Origin: Bacteriovoracia bacterium
Lineage (GTDB): Bacteria; Bdellovibrionota; UBA1018; CAIPTA01
Direction: 5' to 3'
NCBI GenBank assembly: GCA_050246755.1
Contig: JBFWVL010000002.1
Coordinates: 272,544-336,543, forward strand
Length of the DNA stretch: 64,000 nucleotides
Within the stretch, counting starts at the first letter, position 1. Every line of letters starts with the position of its first letter. Below are positions 19,942-29,136 of the stretch, piece after piece. The position numbers and the translations under genes are program-made. Below the pieces are notes generated by a model. That model saw only the letters and a program-made list of their open reading frames with translations, did no database searches and was not told the origin of the DNA.

Positions 19942-20584
19942 TCTAGTAGTACTCGGCATGTTCCTCGTGGGAGGCTGCCTGTACTACCTCGCGCATCACC
20001 GCTCTTCCTTTCCGGAAGAGCGGGATCCGGCTCCTATTTCCAAACCCGTTAGCCAGGAAGTGCAAACCTTCCGTGCCGCCCCGCGGGTCGAGCGCGTGGA
20101 GCAATTCTATAAAGCGGAGAGCGCGCGGGTAGGGGAGGTAGATCCCGATCCCACGCTCACCGAAGAGCGGCTTCGTGCGGTGGCTTCGGAGTTAAGCGCG
20201 GAGGAGATCAACTGGCTGAAGTTGCGGGCCCTGAGTGCTAAGGAAAATGCCGATGCGCGTTTTTTCGCCGCCTATCTACTCGCGCTCAGCCAGAAAGACG
20301 AAGCTTTACCGGCCCTAAAAGAGATTGCCTCCACGCCGCTGCCAAATTCGAAGAATCAGGGCGAAGTGGAATTGGGCCGGCAGATCCGCGCGCAGACCAT
20401 CGAAGGAATCAGCCAGCTAAAAAGCAAAGCCGAAGCCCGCGATGCCCTGCTGGACATCGAACAGGCGCAAACAGATGAATTCCTGCGGGACCGTGCCCAC
20501 CGCGCGCTCTATGCCCTCAGCTCCGGAAAGCCGGTGGAGCAGCAGGACAAAGAGGGCATGGGCAAGCTTCTCTATGGGCAGTAG
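19916..20584 (+). CDS. Membrane-anchored hypothetical protein with helical (HEAT-like) repeats
   Basis: One N-terminal TM helix (WLVSLVVLGMFLVGGCLYYL). The C-terminal Ala/Leu-rich helical repeats resemble HEAT/PBS-lyase repeats. It overlaps the upstream gene by 26 nt. Confidence 0.6.
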   Translation: MTLSKWLVSLVVLGMFLVGGCLYYLAHHRSSFPEERDPAPISKPVSQEVQTFRAAPRVERVEQFYKAESARVGEVDPDPTLTEERLRAVASELSAEEINWLKLRALSAKENADARFFAAYLLALSQKDEALPALKEIASTPLPNSKNQGEVELGRQIRAQTIEGISQLKSKAEARDALLDIEQAQTDEFLRDRAHRALYALSSGKPVEQQDKEGMGKLLYGQ

Positions 20585-20587
20585 CGC

Positions 20588-23239
20588 TTAGTGCGCGCTG
20601 CTTCCTTTTACCGGATTGTCACTTTTCTTCGCGTCGCCGGTGGCGGAAAGCTCGGTTTCGCCTTCGTAAGGAGGAGTATAGTTATCGAGCAGGTTTTTCG
20701 CCGTGGTGCAGGCGGAAGCGGCGCCATCGGTATCGAATACCCCCGGCTCCGCGCCGTCTTCTCCGCATTTCTCGGCAATGTCTTTGATCGCCGCCGAGAT
20801 GGAGCCGTTTTTCACGCGCACGCTGGAACGGCTATCGTTGGCTAAGGTGTCGAGCTCGTTGGCGGCTTGTTCCGCGCAGCTGCGTTTTTCCTCGCTCACG
20901 GCGGCCTTCTTCGCGTTTTTCTTTTCCTTCAGCTGAGAGCTGCGAAGGGCGAGCAGGGCTTTGCGCTCTTCTTTGGTATCCGCGGCGGAGATCATGGCGG
21001 AATCTACTTCGTCGGCGTCGTCGTCATCCCCGCTGGCGTTCTTCGCGCGGCTCATGCAGGAAGTGTATTTCGCAGAGATTTTTGATCTATCGTCTTTGTC
21101 CGCCTTATCCTGACTCTTGCGCAGCATAGCTTCGAGAGGGGTGAACATCTTGGTCATATTGCTCGCTTTGCAGATTTTCTCCGCATCGCAATCGCCGAGC
21201 GCATTAGCGATCGAGGCGTAGTCGGATTTTTTCAGGGCGCATTGAGATTTCATCTTCGCGGCTTCGGTAAATTTTTTCCCGATTGCGCTCCGGCGCTTCT
21301 CGATCGACTTCAATACGTCGTCGGTATCGCCCATCTCCACGTAGCTGCCCACGCCGGCGAACGCCGCTTTCATGTCTTTAGGGGTTTTAAAGAGGCCGGT
21401 TTTATCGTCTTTCTCCAGCTCTTCACCTTTGACGGTTTTGCTTTCCAGGCTGGCGCTGATCCCGTATTTCGCGAAATCGGCATTTAGCCCAGCGGTAGCC
21501 GAAGTGATCATTTCGCTCATCGAGGTGAAGCTCGTGGCGATGCCGCCCATTAGGGTCTGGATATCGCTATTATGCGTTTCCACGAATTTTTCCTGGTTCA
21601 GGGTCTCGGTTTGCTTGGCCTTCTCGTGGCTGTCGCGGGCGGTGCTCAGCACGTTGATGCATTCCTGGAAACCGGCGCAGGTCACGGTGGCGGCGGATGA
21701 GGAGGGAGCACCTTGGGCATCGAGCTGAAGGTTGGGGATGCTGATGGCGGTGGTGCCGGCATCTACGTTGATTTTCGTGCCGTCGTTCAGCATCACCTCT
21801 TCGGGATGGCCGTTGATCCCGCTATTCAGCATACCCTGCATTTTGCGCAGGCAATCCACGGACTCGTTGGGATCGTTATTGGCGGTGCAGGTGGAAGAGA
21901 ACTGCGAGAGATCGCGGTTATAGGTTTTCGTGAACGAAGTCTTGAAGTCCGTCATCGCGTTCTTCGTGGTCTGAATCAGGTTCTTGGCTTCGAGGGCCAC
22001 CTGGCGCTCGGCATTGGCGATCGATTTCAAACTGCCCTTATAGGCGTTGCCTTCCGATTTCAGGCTGGCCTTGAAGTTGTTCACGGCCGAGTTATAGCAA
22101 GCGCGGTAGCGGGTTTTCACGAAGGTGGCCAGCTCACTCGGCTTCACACCATTGCCCACGAACTGGGTGTTGGAAATTTCTTCGCTGGTCTCGTTCATCA
22201 TTTTATTAAAACGGCTATCGAGGATCCCAAGGAATCCGTTCGGATCCTTGGCGTCACCCTCGATTTGCTGGGCCACTTCCATCATTTTGTTGGCGGTGAT
22301 CGAATTCATCGCTTCCGAGATCTCGGAGTTCTTGCCGGCCTGAGCGCGGCTCACGGGATTATCTTTGGCGGTTTTCCCGATATAGCGCTCCACGCATTGT
22401 GCGGGGCTCATGGCCGCGCCACCGAAACACGACTGACGGCTGCCTTCGTAGCACTTCTGGGTTTTGTCCATGATATTGAAGTACCAGTTGTTGGCGGTGG
22501 TCACCCGTTGTTCTTTGATGGAATCCACTTTGGCGCCGAGGGCAGCCACTTTATCGTTCAGCTCGATCGCGGCTTTCTGCAGCTTGCCGAGCTGGTCGCG
22601 GAATCCGCCTTTGCCGTCCACGTCATTCTTGATTTGCTCCGCGATATTTTCGTGGATCTTGATGATCTTATCGCGCGTGCTCCACACCTTGGTGGCAGCC
22701 TGAGTGATTTGATTGAAGGGAGCTTTGGCGGTTTCGGCGATTTGGTTCACCTTGTTTTGCATGGTGCGGATACAAGCGATCTTCGCCGCCACTTCGCTCA
22801 TCTCCTCGGCGTTTTTCTTGGCGGAATCGATGATGTCGCCGTAGTTTCCGCAGGTGGCTTCCACGGTCTCGAGGTCTTTGCCGTCGAATTTTGCTTTTTT
22901 AAATTTCGCCGTGTCCTTCTTTGCTTTCTGCACGCATACCTGCGCCTCGATGGCGGCGGTGGACAGATTCATTTTCATTTGGTTGAGCGCGTTCATCTGC
23001 GGGGTCATCTGGCCCTGCATCCCGTTGAGGGTACCGAGGTGATTCACCAGCTGCTGCATCTGTTGCGCGGAGGAAGTATAGGCTCCCACTCCCTGCGCGG
23101 CCGTGCCCACCGCGCCGGCGGCGGCGTTGACGATATTCGTGCTCGCGTCTTCGGCGTATACGAAGGGCACTTGGCCGGCGGCCATGGCCACGGTGAGGGT
23201 GGTGAAGAGAAAGCGTTTGGAGGCGGACAGGGTTTTCAT
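20588..23239 (-). CDS. Large secreted helical protein (883 aa, 18 Cys), unknown family
   Basis: A GAGG SD lies 4 nt before the ATG. The protein has a signal peptide (...TVAMAAGQVPFVYA), a Q/M/N-rich N-terminal segment, an Ala/Lys/Asn/Thr-rich body and an acidic DDDDADEVD patch. Confidence 0.75.
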   Translation of the reverse strand: MKTLSASKRFLFTTLTVAMAAGQVPFVYAEDASTNIVNAAAGAVGTAAQGVGAYTSSAQQMQQLVNHLGTLNGMQGQMTPQMNALNQMKMNLSTAAIEAQVCVQKAKKDTAKFKKAKFDGKDLETVEATCGNYGDIIDSAKKNAEEMSEVAAKIACIRTMQNKVNQIAETAKAPFNQITQAATKVWSTRDKIIKIHENIAEQIKNDVDGKGGFRDQLGKLQKAAIELNDKVAALGAKVDSIKEQRVTTANNWYFNIMDKTQKCYEGSRQSCFGGAAMSPAQCVERYIGKTAKDNPVSRAQAGKNSEISEAMNSITANKMMEVAQQIEGDAKDPNGFLGILDSRFNKMMNETSEEISNTQFVGNGVKPSELATFVKTRYRACYNSAVNNFKASLKSEGNAYKGSLKSIANAERQVALEAKNLIQTTKNAMTDFKTSFTKTYNRDLSQFSSTCTANNDPNESVDCLRKMQGMLNSGINGHPEEVMLNDGTKINVDAGTTAISIPNLQLDAQGAPSSSAATVTCAGFQECINVLSTARDSHEKAKQTETLNQEKFVETHNSDIQTLMGGIATSFTSMSEMITSATAGLNADFAKYGISASLESKTVKGEELEKDDKTGLFKTPKDMKAAFAGVGSYVEMGDTDDVLKSIEKRRSAIGKKFTEAAKMKSQCALKKSDYASIANALGDCDAEKICKASNMTKMFTPLEAMLRKSQDKADKDDRSKISAKYTSCMSRAKNASGDDDDADEVDSAMISAADTKEERKALLALRSSQLKEKKNAKKAAVSEEKRSCAEQAANELDTLANDSRSSVRVKNGSISAAIKDIAEKCGEDGAEPGVFDTDGAASACTTAKNLLDNYTPPYEGETELSATGDAKKSDNPVKGSSAH

Positions 23240-23355
23240 AAATACCTCAGGGACCTTTGACAGTGGAGTCCTATGGTATTTATCGTCTAATTCCGGAATT
23301 TCCTTGAGGAAGACGGCGTTTTTGGCCTGTCTAAAAGTTCGACACTTCCGCGCCC

Positions 23356-25623
23356 CTAGAGGGTGAGCAGCTTCTCAAATATTTCCACTACTTGGCCGCG
23401 GTCTGCCTTAAAGGCTTTATCGCCGGCTACGTAGCGGCGCCAGGCGTAGGAAATCGCCTCGCCCCAGTTTTCGGCGGTGGGCAGAGAGCGGTTGGCTAGC
23501 AGGTACATGTAGATCGCGTGGTGGTCTTTTGGATCGGGCTTGCCGCGTTCGATGCACTTCTCTTTGAGGAAAGGCAAGAATACCGGGTAGGCCAATTCGG
23601 CTTCCTCGTTCTCGAGCAGGCCGTCGTGGTTGCGGTCGAAACGCGCGAAGAGGAGCTCCACGTAGTAGGGCAAAAGGATGAAGGCGCGGGTATCGGAAAT
23701 GGTAAAATTATCCTCGGCGGAACGGCCCTTGCGCAGGAAGTTCTCCAAACGAGTAAATAAAACTTCTTGATTTCGATCCGTGAGCTGCTTGAAGTACTGG
23801 GCGGTTCCGGGAATGGAGCTCCAGATCAGGCTGGCCTGCTTGAGCCAGTTTTTCCGGAAGCAGCGGGCCTTGATGGCGAACTTTCCGTTCTCGGCGGCGG
23901 TGCCGCAGGCTAGCGCAAGATTATTGTGCACGGTATTCGCGTAGTAGATGGTGGAGAGAAGCAGGGACTCGAACTCGATCGCCTCGTTCATGGTGAGGCC
24001 TTTGTCACCGTCGGAGGAAGGAAGGAAAAGGCTGGCTTCGAAGAGGCGTTTCGGAAAGCTTTCTTGGGTTTCCGCATCGGCGAGTTTCACCTTAGGGTCG
24101 CGCAGGATCGGGAAGATATCGTCGAGTAGGGATTTCAGCTGGGCTTCGGTGAGAGAATCCGCTTTGGGGCCGGCGTAGGCGCCGATCAGCAGGCGGTTTA
24201 CCGAGCGCATAAGGTGCATCTTCGCCATGTGCTGCAAGGAAAGCTTTGGGCGGTTCTTTCCGCTCGGAATCAAAACGTGCAGAGAGCGGCCTGGGAAAAC
24301 CGTATTGATCTCGCCGGCGGTTTTTACGAGGCTTTCCACGGCCGCGCGGGAAACCTGATCGCGCAATAGGGTAGACTCGAGCAAATGCTCGGTGGTGAAG
24401 GAGGCGAAGTCTTCGGTTTTTAGACCTTGGGTTTCAAAGCCATTTTCGCCGAATTTCGCGCGGTAGATCGCCTCGAGCGCGCGCAATCCTTCGGTGGCGA
24501 AGTGGAAAGTGCGGGAGAGCTGGGCAAAATTTTCTTTGCGGATCGTATAGCCCTTGCCGGTATCTTCCACGCGGAAGAGTTTGCCGAACACGAGTTTCAC
24601 GCCGGCGCGCACGGTATCGAACTCCATTCCGCCGAGCATGCCGGCCGAATTCATGGCCACGAGGAGCTCGTCGATCTCTTCTGATTTGATCTCGCCCTCG
24701 CGGCGCTGGTCCAGCACTTGGGAAAAAAGCTGGATGCTGTCGTCGAAGAGGCTTTCGAGTCGGAGCAGGCCGGGGCCGTAGGCGTAGTTATGCTCGCCAT
24801 GGGAATAGAAGCGGGCGCGCAGGTAGAGGGAGTAGTAGCGGGGGGCCATGCGGTAGATGGTGAACCAGTCGGCGGCGAGGATTTCGTCTTTCGGGGGAGA
24901 AACGAAAATCGCCTTCGCGGGTCGCAGCGCCTGAGTCCAATTGAGCACGGTCTTTACCCATTCCGAGTCGCCTTTATTATCCGGGTAGAGGAATTTTCCG
25001 AGCTCGGTGAAGAGTGCGCCGAAGTGATCGAAAGAATAAGCGCCCTGGGTGTCTTTTAGGGATTCGGCGATCTCGTTCATTCCGGCCTGGAATTCCACGA
25101 TAGCTTCTTCGAATTGGTCTTTGCTGTAGCTGCGGGTAATGAAGGTTTCGGCGCGCACCGGCATATGGGGACGCAGGCGGGCGGTAACTCGGCGGGCCAC
25201 TTTCATGATGCGAAGGACGTCGTTGAGCTCTTTACGGGTGATTTCGTCGGAGCGGCCGCCGAGGATGCTTTGCTTAAGCACCATCACTTCGTTGATTAGG
25301 CCGGGAGGGATTTCTTTTCCGTTCAGGAAATATTTGCTGAGGAAGCGGGCCAGATCGTTGGCCTTATAGGAATTGAGGGTGTCGCCCTCGGTATGACTAT
25401 TGAAGGTGGTCACCGACTTTTCGGTGCAGTCCCAAAAGCCCTCGAGCTCGGCCGCAGTGGCGGAACCTTCCGCGAAGCGGGAAAGAATTTTACCGGAATT
25501 GGAAAGGCAGCCGCCGCCGAGGCTCACGTTGAGCGGGGCTTTTTCCACTTTATCGTTCAGGCGCAGGGAACAGCCCGAAAATGCGAGGGCGAGGGTGAAG
25601 ATGCAGAGAAGTTTAGAAGGCAT
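23356..25623 (-). CDS. Lipoprotein (755 aa) with C-terminal EF-hand-type Ca-binding loop
   Basis: Lipobox-like LALAFSGC at the N-terminus. The EF-hand loop DRNHDGLLENEE lies at 23602-23637. The start overlaps the upstream OMP gene by 11 nt. Confidence 0.75.
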   Translation of the reverse strand: MPSKLLCIFTLALAFSGCSLRLNDKVEKAPLNVSLGGGCLSNSGKILSRFAEGSATAAELEGFWDCTEKSVTTFNSHTEGDTLNSYKANDLARFLSKYFLNGKEIPPGLINEVMVLKQSILGGRSDEITRKELNDVLRIMKVARRVTARLRPHMPVRAETFITRSYSKDQFEEAIVEFQAGMNEIAESLKDTQGAYSFDHFGALFTELGKFLYPDNKGDSEWVKTVLNWTQALRPAKAIFVSPPKDEILAADWFTIYRMAPRYYSLYLRARFYSHGEHNYAYGPGLLRLESLFDDSIQLFSQVLDQRREGEIKSEEIDELLVAMNSAGMLGGMEFDTVRAGVKLVFGKLFRVEDTGKGYTIRKENFAQLSRTFHFATEGLRALEAIYRAKFGENGFETQGLKTEDFASFTTEHLLESTLLRDQVSRAAVESLVKTAGEINTVFPGRSLHVLIPSGKNRPKLSLQHMAKMHLMRSVNRLLIGAYAGPKADSLTEAQLKSLLDDIFPILRDPKVKLADAETQESFPKRLFEASLFLPSSDGDKGLTMNEAIEFESLLLSTIYYANTVHNNLALACGTAAENGKFAIKARCFRKNWLKQASLIWSSIPGTAQYFKQLTDRNQEVLFTRLENFLRKGRSAEDNFTISDTRAFILLPYYVELLFARFDRNHDGLLENEEAELAYPVFLPFLKEKCIERGKPDPKDHHAIYMYLLANRSLPTAENWGEAISYAWRRYVAGDKAFKADRGQVVEIFEKLLTL

Positions 25624-26998
25624 ACGTTACCGCCCCCCTCACGCGATCGTTCCGCTGGTAGCGGCTGATAAAATCTTCCGGCCGCTGACTCTCCGAGCCC
25701 AGAATGTCCACGCCGAGGTTCAGGAGCAGAGATCCAGCTGGGCGGTAAAATAAGTCGGTGACCAGGATATTGCCCTCGTTGAGGGAGTCGAAAATAAATT
25801 TCGTGGAAAACAAAAACGAGCGTGCCCATTTATCCGAGATGGGCGTGAACACGGCCATACTATAGGCGTTCTGGAACGCGTAGCGGGGTTCGAAGGTGGC
25901 GGCGCGGGGATTCACGAAAGGGCCTTGGTCGGGGCTATTACCGCCGCTGCGGCGGAAATAGGCGAATTCGAAGCGGGTGTACTTAAATGATTCGCGGAAG
26001 GGCATTGTTTTGGCGGTGAATCCGAGGAGGTTGGCGTTCACTACTTCCTGGGTATTCCAGTTGGCGGGGGTAACGTCGCGGGTGGGGCGCTCCGTGATGG
26101 CGCTGGCCGCTAGGCTGTGGCGATCGAAATTCCAGCCGGCATCGGCGGCCACGAGATCGTGGTAAAGCACGCGGGGACGGATTACGGCGGGCACGTCGAG
26201 CGACGAAACGCTCAAGCGGCCTTCAAAAGATAGGATCAGCTGGTTGATGGGCTTATGCACGTAGGAGATGCGGCCGAAGGGGCCAAGCTCACGGCCGAGG
26301 CGCACGGTTGCGCCCGCCGCTTGGTGCATCACGAGGCTTTTTACCGGAGGAATTTCCAGGGAGAAGCGCACGTCGGTTTGCTGATTGAACAGAAAGATGG
26401 AAGAGGAAGGGCAAGAGAACCAGGGGGAGGCCGTTTTGCAGGATCCGCTAGAGATATCAAAGGGGGCACCTTGCTCCGGAATGAAGAGGGGAGAATAGAA
26501 GGCCACGATCGAGAAATTCTCGGTTTGAAAGCTGGGGAAGATTCCCACTAAGCCGTTTTCTTTTTCGTTCAGATAATCCCAGCGGAAGCGGGGCTGGAAA
26601 AGGCCAAGGCTCCAATAGGAATCGAGATTGCTCCACGAGTAGCGCTTACGGCCCATGAATACGCTGAAATTACCCGGCTTATAACCCACGTAAGCTTCGC
26701 CCACGTTGAGGTAGCGGAGGTTCGCCTCGCCCACGCCGTAGAGGGATTCGCTGTCGATGCCGAAGTGGAAATCGTCCGAGTTACCCACACCCCTTACCGA
26801 GATATTGAGGCCGAGATTTCCGGTGCGGCTATCCGCGATCGTTTCGCTGGCGCGGGTTAGGTACGTATTGCCGGTGAGTCCCACGCGAATTTCTTTGTCG
26901 CGCAGCTTGGGCTGGAGCGAAGGCAGGGCGTGTGCGCTCAGGCTCGCCGAGAGCAGGAGGGGCCAAACAAATTTTATTGCCTTCGGGCAAGATCGCAT
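25613..26998 (-). CDS. Putative outer-membrane beta-barrel protein
   Basis: Signal peptide (...LLLSASLSAHA), alternating-hydrophobicity strands rich in Y/F/G/N/S, and a C-terminal ...AVTYAF ending in Phe. I prefer the ATG at 26998 (AGGAA SD), because the candidate -10 element abuts the 27040 ATG. Confidence 0.7.
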   Translation of the reverse strand: MRSCPKAIKFVWPLLLSASLSAHALPSLQPKLRDKEIRVGLTGNTYLTRASETIADSRTGNLGLNISVRGVGNSDDFHFGIDSESLYGVGEANLRYLNVGEAYVGYKPGNFSVFMGRKRYSWSNLDSYWSLGLFQPRFRWDYLNEKENGLVGIFPSFQTENFSIVAFYSPLFIPEQGAPFDISSGSCKTASPWFSCPSSSIFLFNQQTDVRFSLEIPPVKSLVMHQAAGATVRLGRELGPFGRISYVHKPINQLILSFEGRLSVSSLDVPAVIRPRVLYHDLVAADAGWNFDRHSLAASAITERPTRDVTPANWNTQEVVNANLLGFTAKTMPFRESFKYTRFEFAYFRRSGGNSPDQGPFVNPRAATFEPRYAFQNAYSMAVFTPISDKWARSFLFSTKFIFDSLNEGNILVTDLFYRPAGSLLLNLGVDILGSESQRPEDFISRYQRNDRVRGAVTYAF

Positions 26999-27040
26999 AA
27001 ATTTCCTAAGGCCCTTTCCCGGGGGAGACAGGGCGACCAT

Positions 27041-27069
27041 AGAATATCAAAGTAGATCATTAAACTCAA
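27041..27069 (-). promoter_or_regulatory. Candidate sigma-70-type promoter for the OMP-lipoprotein genes in an AT-rich island
   Basis: The minus strand reads TTGAGT-N17-TATTCT, inside the only strongly AT-rich stretch of this region (27041-27110). Confidence 0.3.
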
Positions 27070-27205
27070 GTATTCTTATATAATAATCTATTGTAATTCT
27101 AGATGGTTAGCACAGAGCAGGCAAGGCTGGGACGAGCGAAAAACGGCGAATCTCTGGGCTGGTCAAATTCGCGCTGAGTGCGTTCTACAGGTGTCTAAAA
27201 GATCG

Positions 27206-27838
27206 TCAGAGTTTTCGGGCCACGAGGATCCCGTCGCGGATGGGCAGCATCACGATTTCCACGCGCGTATCGGACCTTGCGTAGTCGTTGAAGGCGCAGA
27301 TATCGCGGTCGCTCTTTTCCTGGGGGGCTAGCACGCGCCCACTCCAGAGCACGTTGTCCACCACGAGCAATCCGCCTTGGCGCACCTTGGGCAATGATTT
27401 GTCCCAGTAGGTTTGGTAGCCGGCCTTATCGGCATCGATGAACACGAGATCGATATTGCCCTCGAGCTTCTCCACCGTTTCGGCGCCCGGCCCAAGCCTA
27501 AGCTCGATCTTCTTTCCGTGAGGGCTTTGTTCCCAGAATTTTTTGGCCAAGTCGGTAGCGCGGGGGTCGATATCGCAGGTGATGAGCTTGCCGTCTTCGG
27601 GAAGCGCGGAGGCCATGGCGAGGGCGCTAAAGCCCGAGAAGGTGCCGAATTCCAGTACGCGCTTAGCGCCGGAGATGGCCACCAGAAGCCCGAGGAAGCG
27701 GCCTTCCAGCAGGCCTACCTGCATTTGCGGGGCCGAGAGTTCAGCGAAGGTGGCTTCCTTGAGGCGATCGAATAGAGCGGGTAGGGGCGTGGTGTGAGCA
27801 CGGCAATAGTCTTCGATTTCTTCCGGCACTAGCTTCAT
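27206..27838 (-). CDS. Class I SAM-dependent O-methyltransferase (caffeoyl-CoA OMT-like)
   Basis: 210 aa with VLEFGTFSGFSAL (motif I) and FIDADKAGY, typical of the Methyltransf_3 family. It overlaps ndh by 4 nt. Confidence 0.85.
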   Translation of the reverse strand: MKLVPEEIEDYCRAHTTPLPALFDRLKEATFAELSAPQMQVGLLEGRFLGLLVAISGAKRVLEFGTFSGFSALAMASALPEDGKLITCDIDPRATDLAKKFWEQSPHGKKIELRLGPGAETVEKLEGNIDLVFIDADKAGYQTYWDKSLPKVRQGGLLVVDNVLWSGRVLAPQEKSDRDICAFNDYARSDTRVEIVMLPIRDGILVARKL

Positions 27839-29118
27839 TTTTTTTCTCCCATGGTCTCTGCAGTTCTAAACTCTTGCCATTCTTTCTGCACGATTAGGCG
27901 GGCACTTCGGCCATAGGTCACATAAGCCCAGATCCAGGTCATCACCACGAACAGGCGATTCTTGAAGCCGATCAAGTAGTAGATGTGCACGGTAATCCAG
28001 GTGAGCCAGGCAAAGAAGCCATAAAAACGCAGCTTGTCCATTTGCACTACCGCGCGCGAACGGCCGATCGTGGCCATCTGCCCTTTATCCTTATACCGGA
28101 AAGGCAGTGTTTTTTCTCCGCGGCTTAGGCGCAATATATTTTCGGCGGCATGGCGGCCCGCCTGTATCGCTACCGGGGCGAGCCCCGGCAATGCTTTTCC
28201 GTCTTGCTCGAAATGAGCTTGGTCTCCCACCACGAAAACTTCGGGATGCCCAGGCAGGCTCAGGTCTTTTTCTACGGGCACACGACCGGAGCGATCGAGA
28301 TTCCCGCTAAGCGACTGGTTCAACTCACTCGGCTTCACGCCGGCGGCCCAAATCACGGTGGCCGCATGCAGCGTTTCGGCGCCCATTTCCACGCCCGTTT
28401 GGCTTACCTTCGTAACCCGCGTGGAGGTCCACACGCTCACGCCCAAGTTTTCCAAATCTCTCAGGGCGTGGGAGGCCACCTCGGGCTCGAAGCCCGCCAA
28501 AATTCTCGGGCCTGCCTCGATAAGAATTACCCGCGTCTGGGATGGATCGATCCGGCGAAATTCTTTACGCAAGGTATAGCGACTGATTTCTCCGAGTGCG
28601 CCCGCGAGCTCTACTCCGGTCGGGCCGCCGCCGATCACCACGAAGGTGAGAAAACTTTTTTGCTTCGCCGGATCCGTTTCGCGCTCCGCAAACTCGTAGG
28701 CGCTCAGCACGCGGCGGCGGATCTCGGTGGCTTGCTCGAGGGTTTTCAGCCCGGGGGCAAATTTTTCCCATTCGTCGTGGCCGAAATAACTATGCTGGGC
28801 GCCGGTGGCCACGAGCAAATAGTCGTAGGAGAAAGTGCCGAATTCACCGGTTACTTCCTTGGTTCCGGGCCTAACGGCCTTTGCGGCGCCAAGCAGGACG
28901 TTCACGTTGGGATAGTCGGCTAGTAAGCTGCGGATGGGCGAGGCGATATCCGCCGGGCTCAATCCCGCCATCGCAACCTGGTAAAGCAGGGGCTGAAATA
29001 AATGGTAGTTGCGGCGGTCGAGAACGGTGATCGTAAGGTCTTTGCCTTTGCGGCCGAGCACTTTGGCGGCGTTGAGTCCCGCGAAACCGGCGCCGAGAAT
29101 AAGCACTGAGTGGCCCAT
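27835..29118 (-). CDS. ndh: Type II NADH dehydrogenase (NDH-2)
   Basis: Two dinucleotide folds (ILGAGFAGL, VIGGGPTGVE) and a C-terminal membrane-anchoring helix. Confidence 0.9.
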   Translation of the reverse strand: MGHSVLILGAGFAGLNAAKVLGRKGKDLTITVLDRRNYHLFQPLLYQVAMAGLSPADIASPIRSLLADYPNVNVLLGAAKAVRPGTKEVTGEFGTFSYDYLLVATGAQHSYFGHDEWEKFAPGLKTLEQATEIRRRVLSAYEFAERETDPAKQKSFLTFVVIGGGPTGVELAGALGEISRYTLRKEFRRIDPSQTRVILIEAGPRILAGFEPEVASHALRDLENLGVSVWTSTRVTKVSQTGVEMGAETLHAATVIWAAGVKPSELNQSLSGNLDRSGRVPVEKDLSLPGHPEVFVVGDQAHFEQDGKALPGLAPVAIQAGRHAAENILRLSRGEKTLPFRYKDKGQMATIGRSRAVVQMDKLRFYGFFAWLTWITVHIYYLIGFKNRLFVVMTWIWAYVTYGRSARLIVQKEWQEFRTAETMGEKK

Positions 29119-29136
29119 TCTCGAGTTTCTATCATA

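Noticed and set aside
21713-23260. 515-aa plus-strand ORF antisense to the 883-aa secreted-protein gene
   Set aside because: The minus-strand ORF has an SD, a signal peptide and protein-like composition. The plus-strand product is a His/Gly/Leu/Val-rich shadow frame without a start context.
27085-27092. 8-mer AATCTATT shared by the two AT-rich islands (27085-27092 upstream of the OMP gene, and 33567-33574 upstream of lysR)
   Set aside because: It is only 8 nt, lies in AT-rich DNA where chance matches are likely, and has opposite orientation relative to the downstream genes. This is not enough to call a shared operator.
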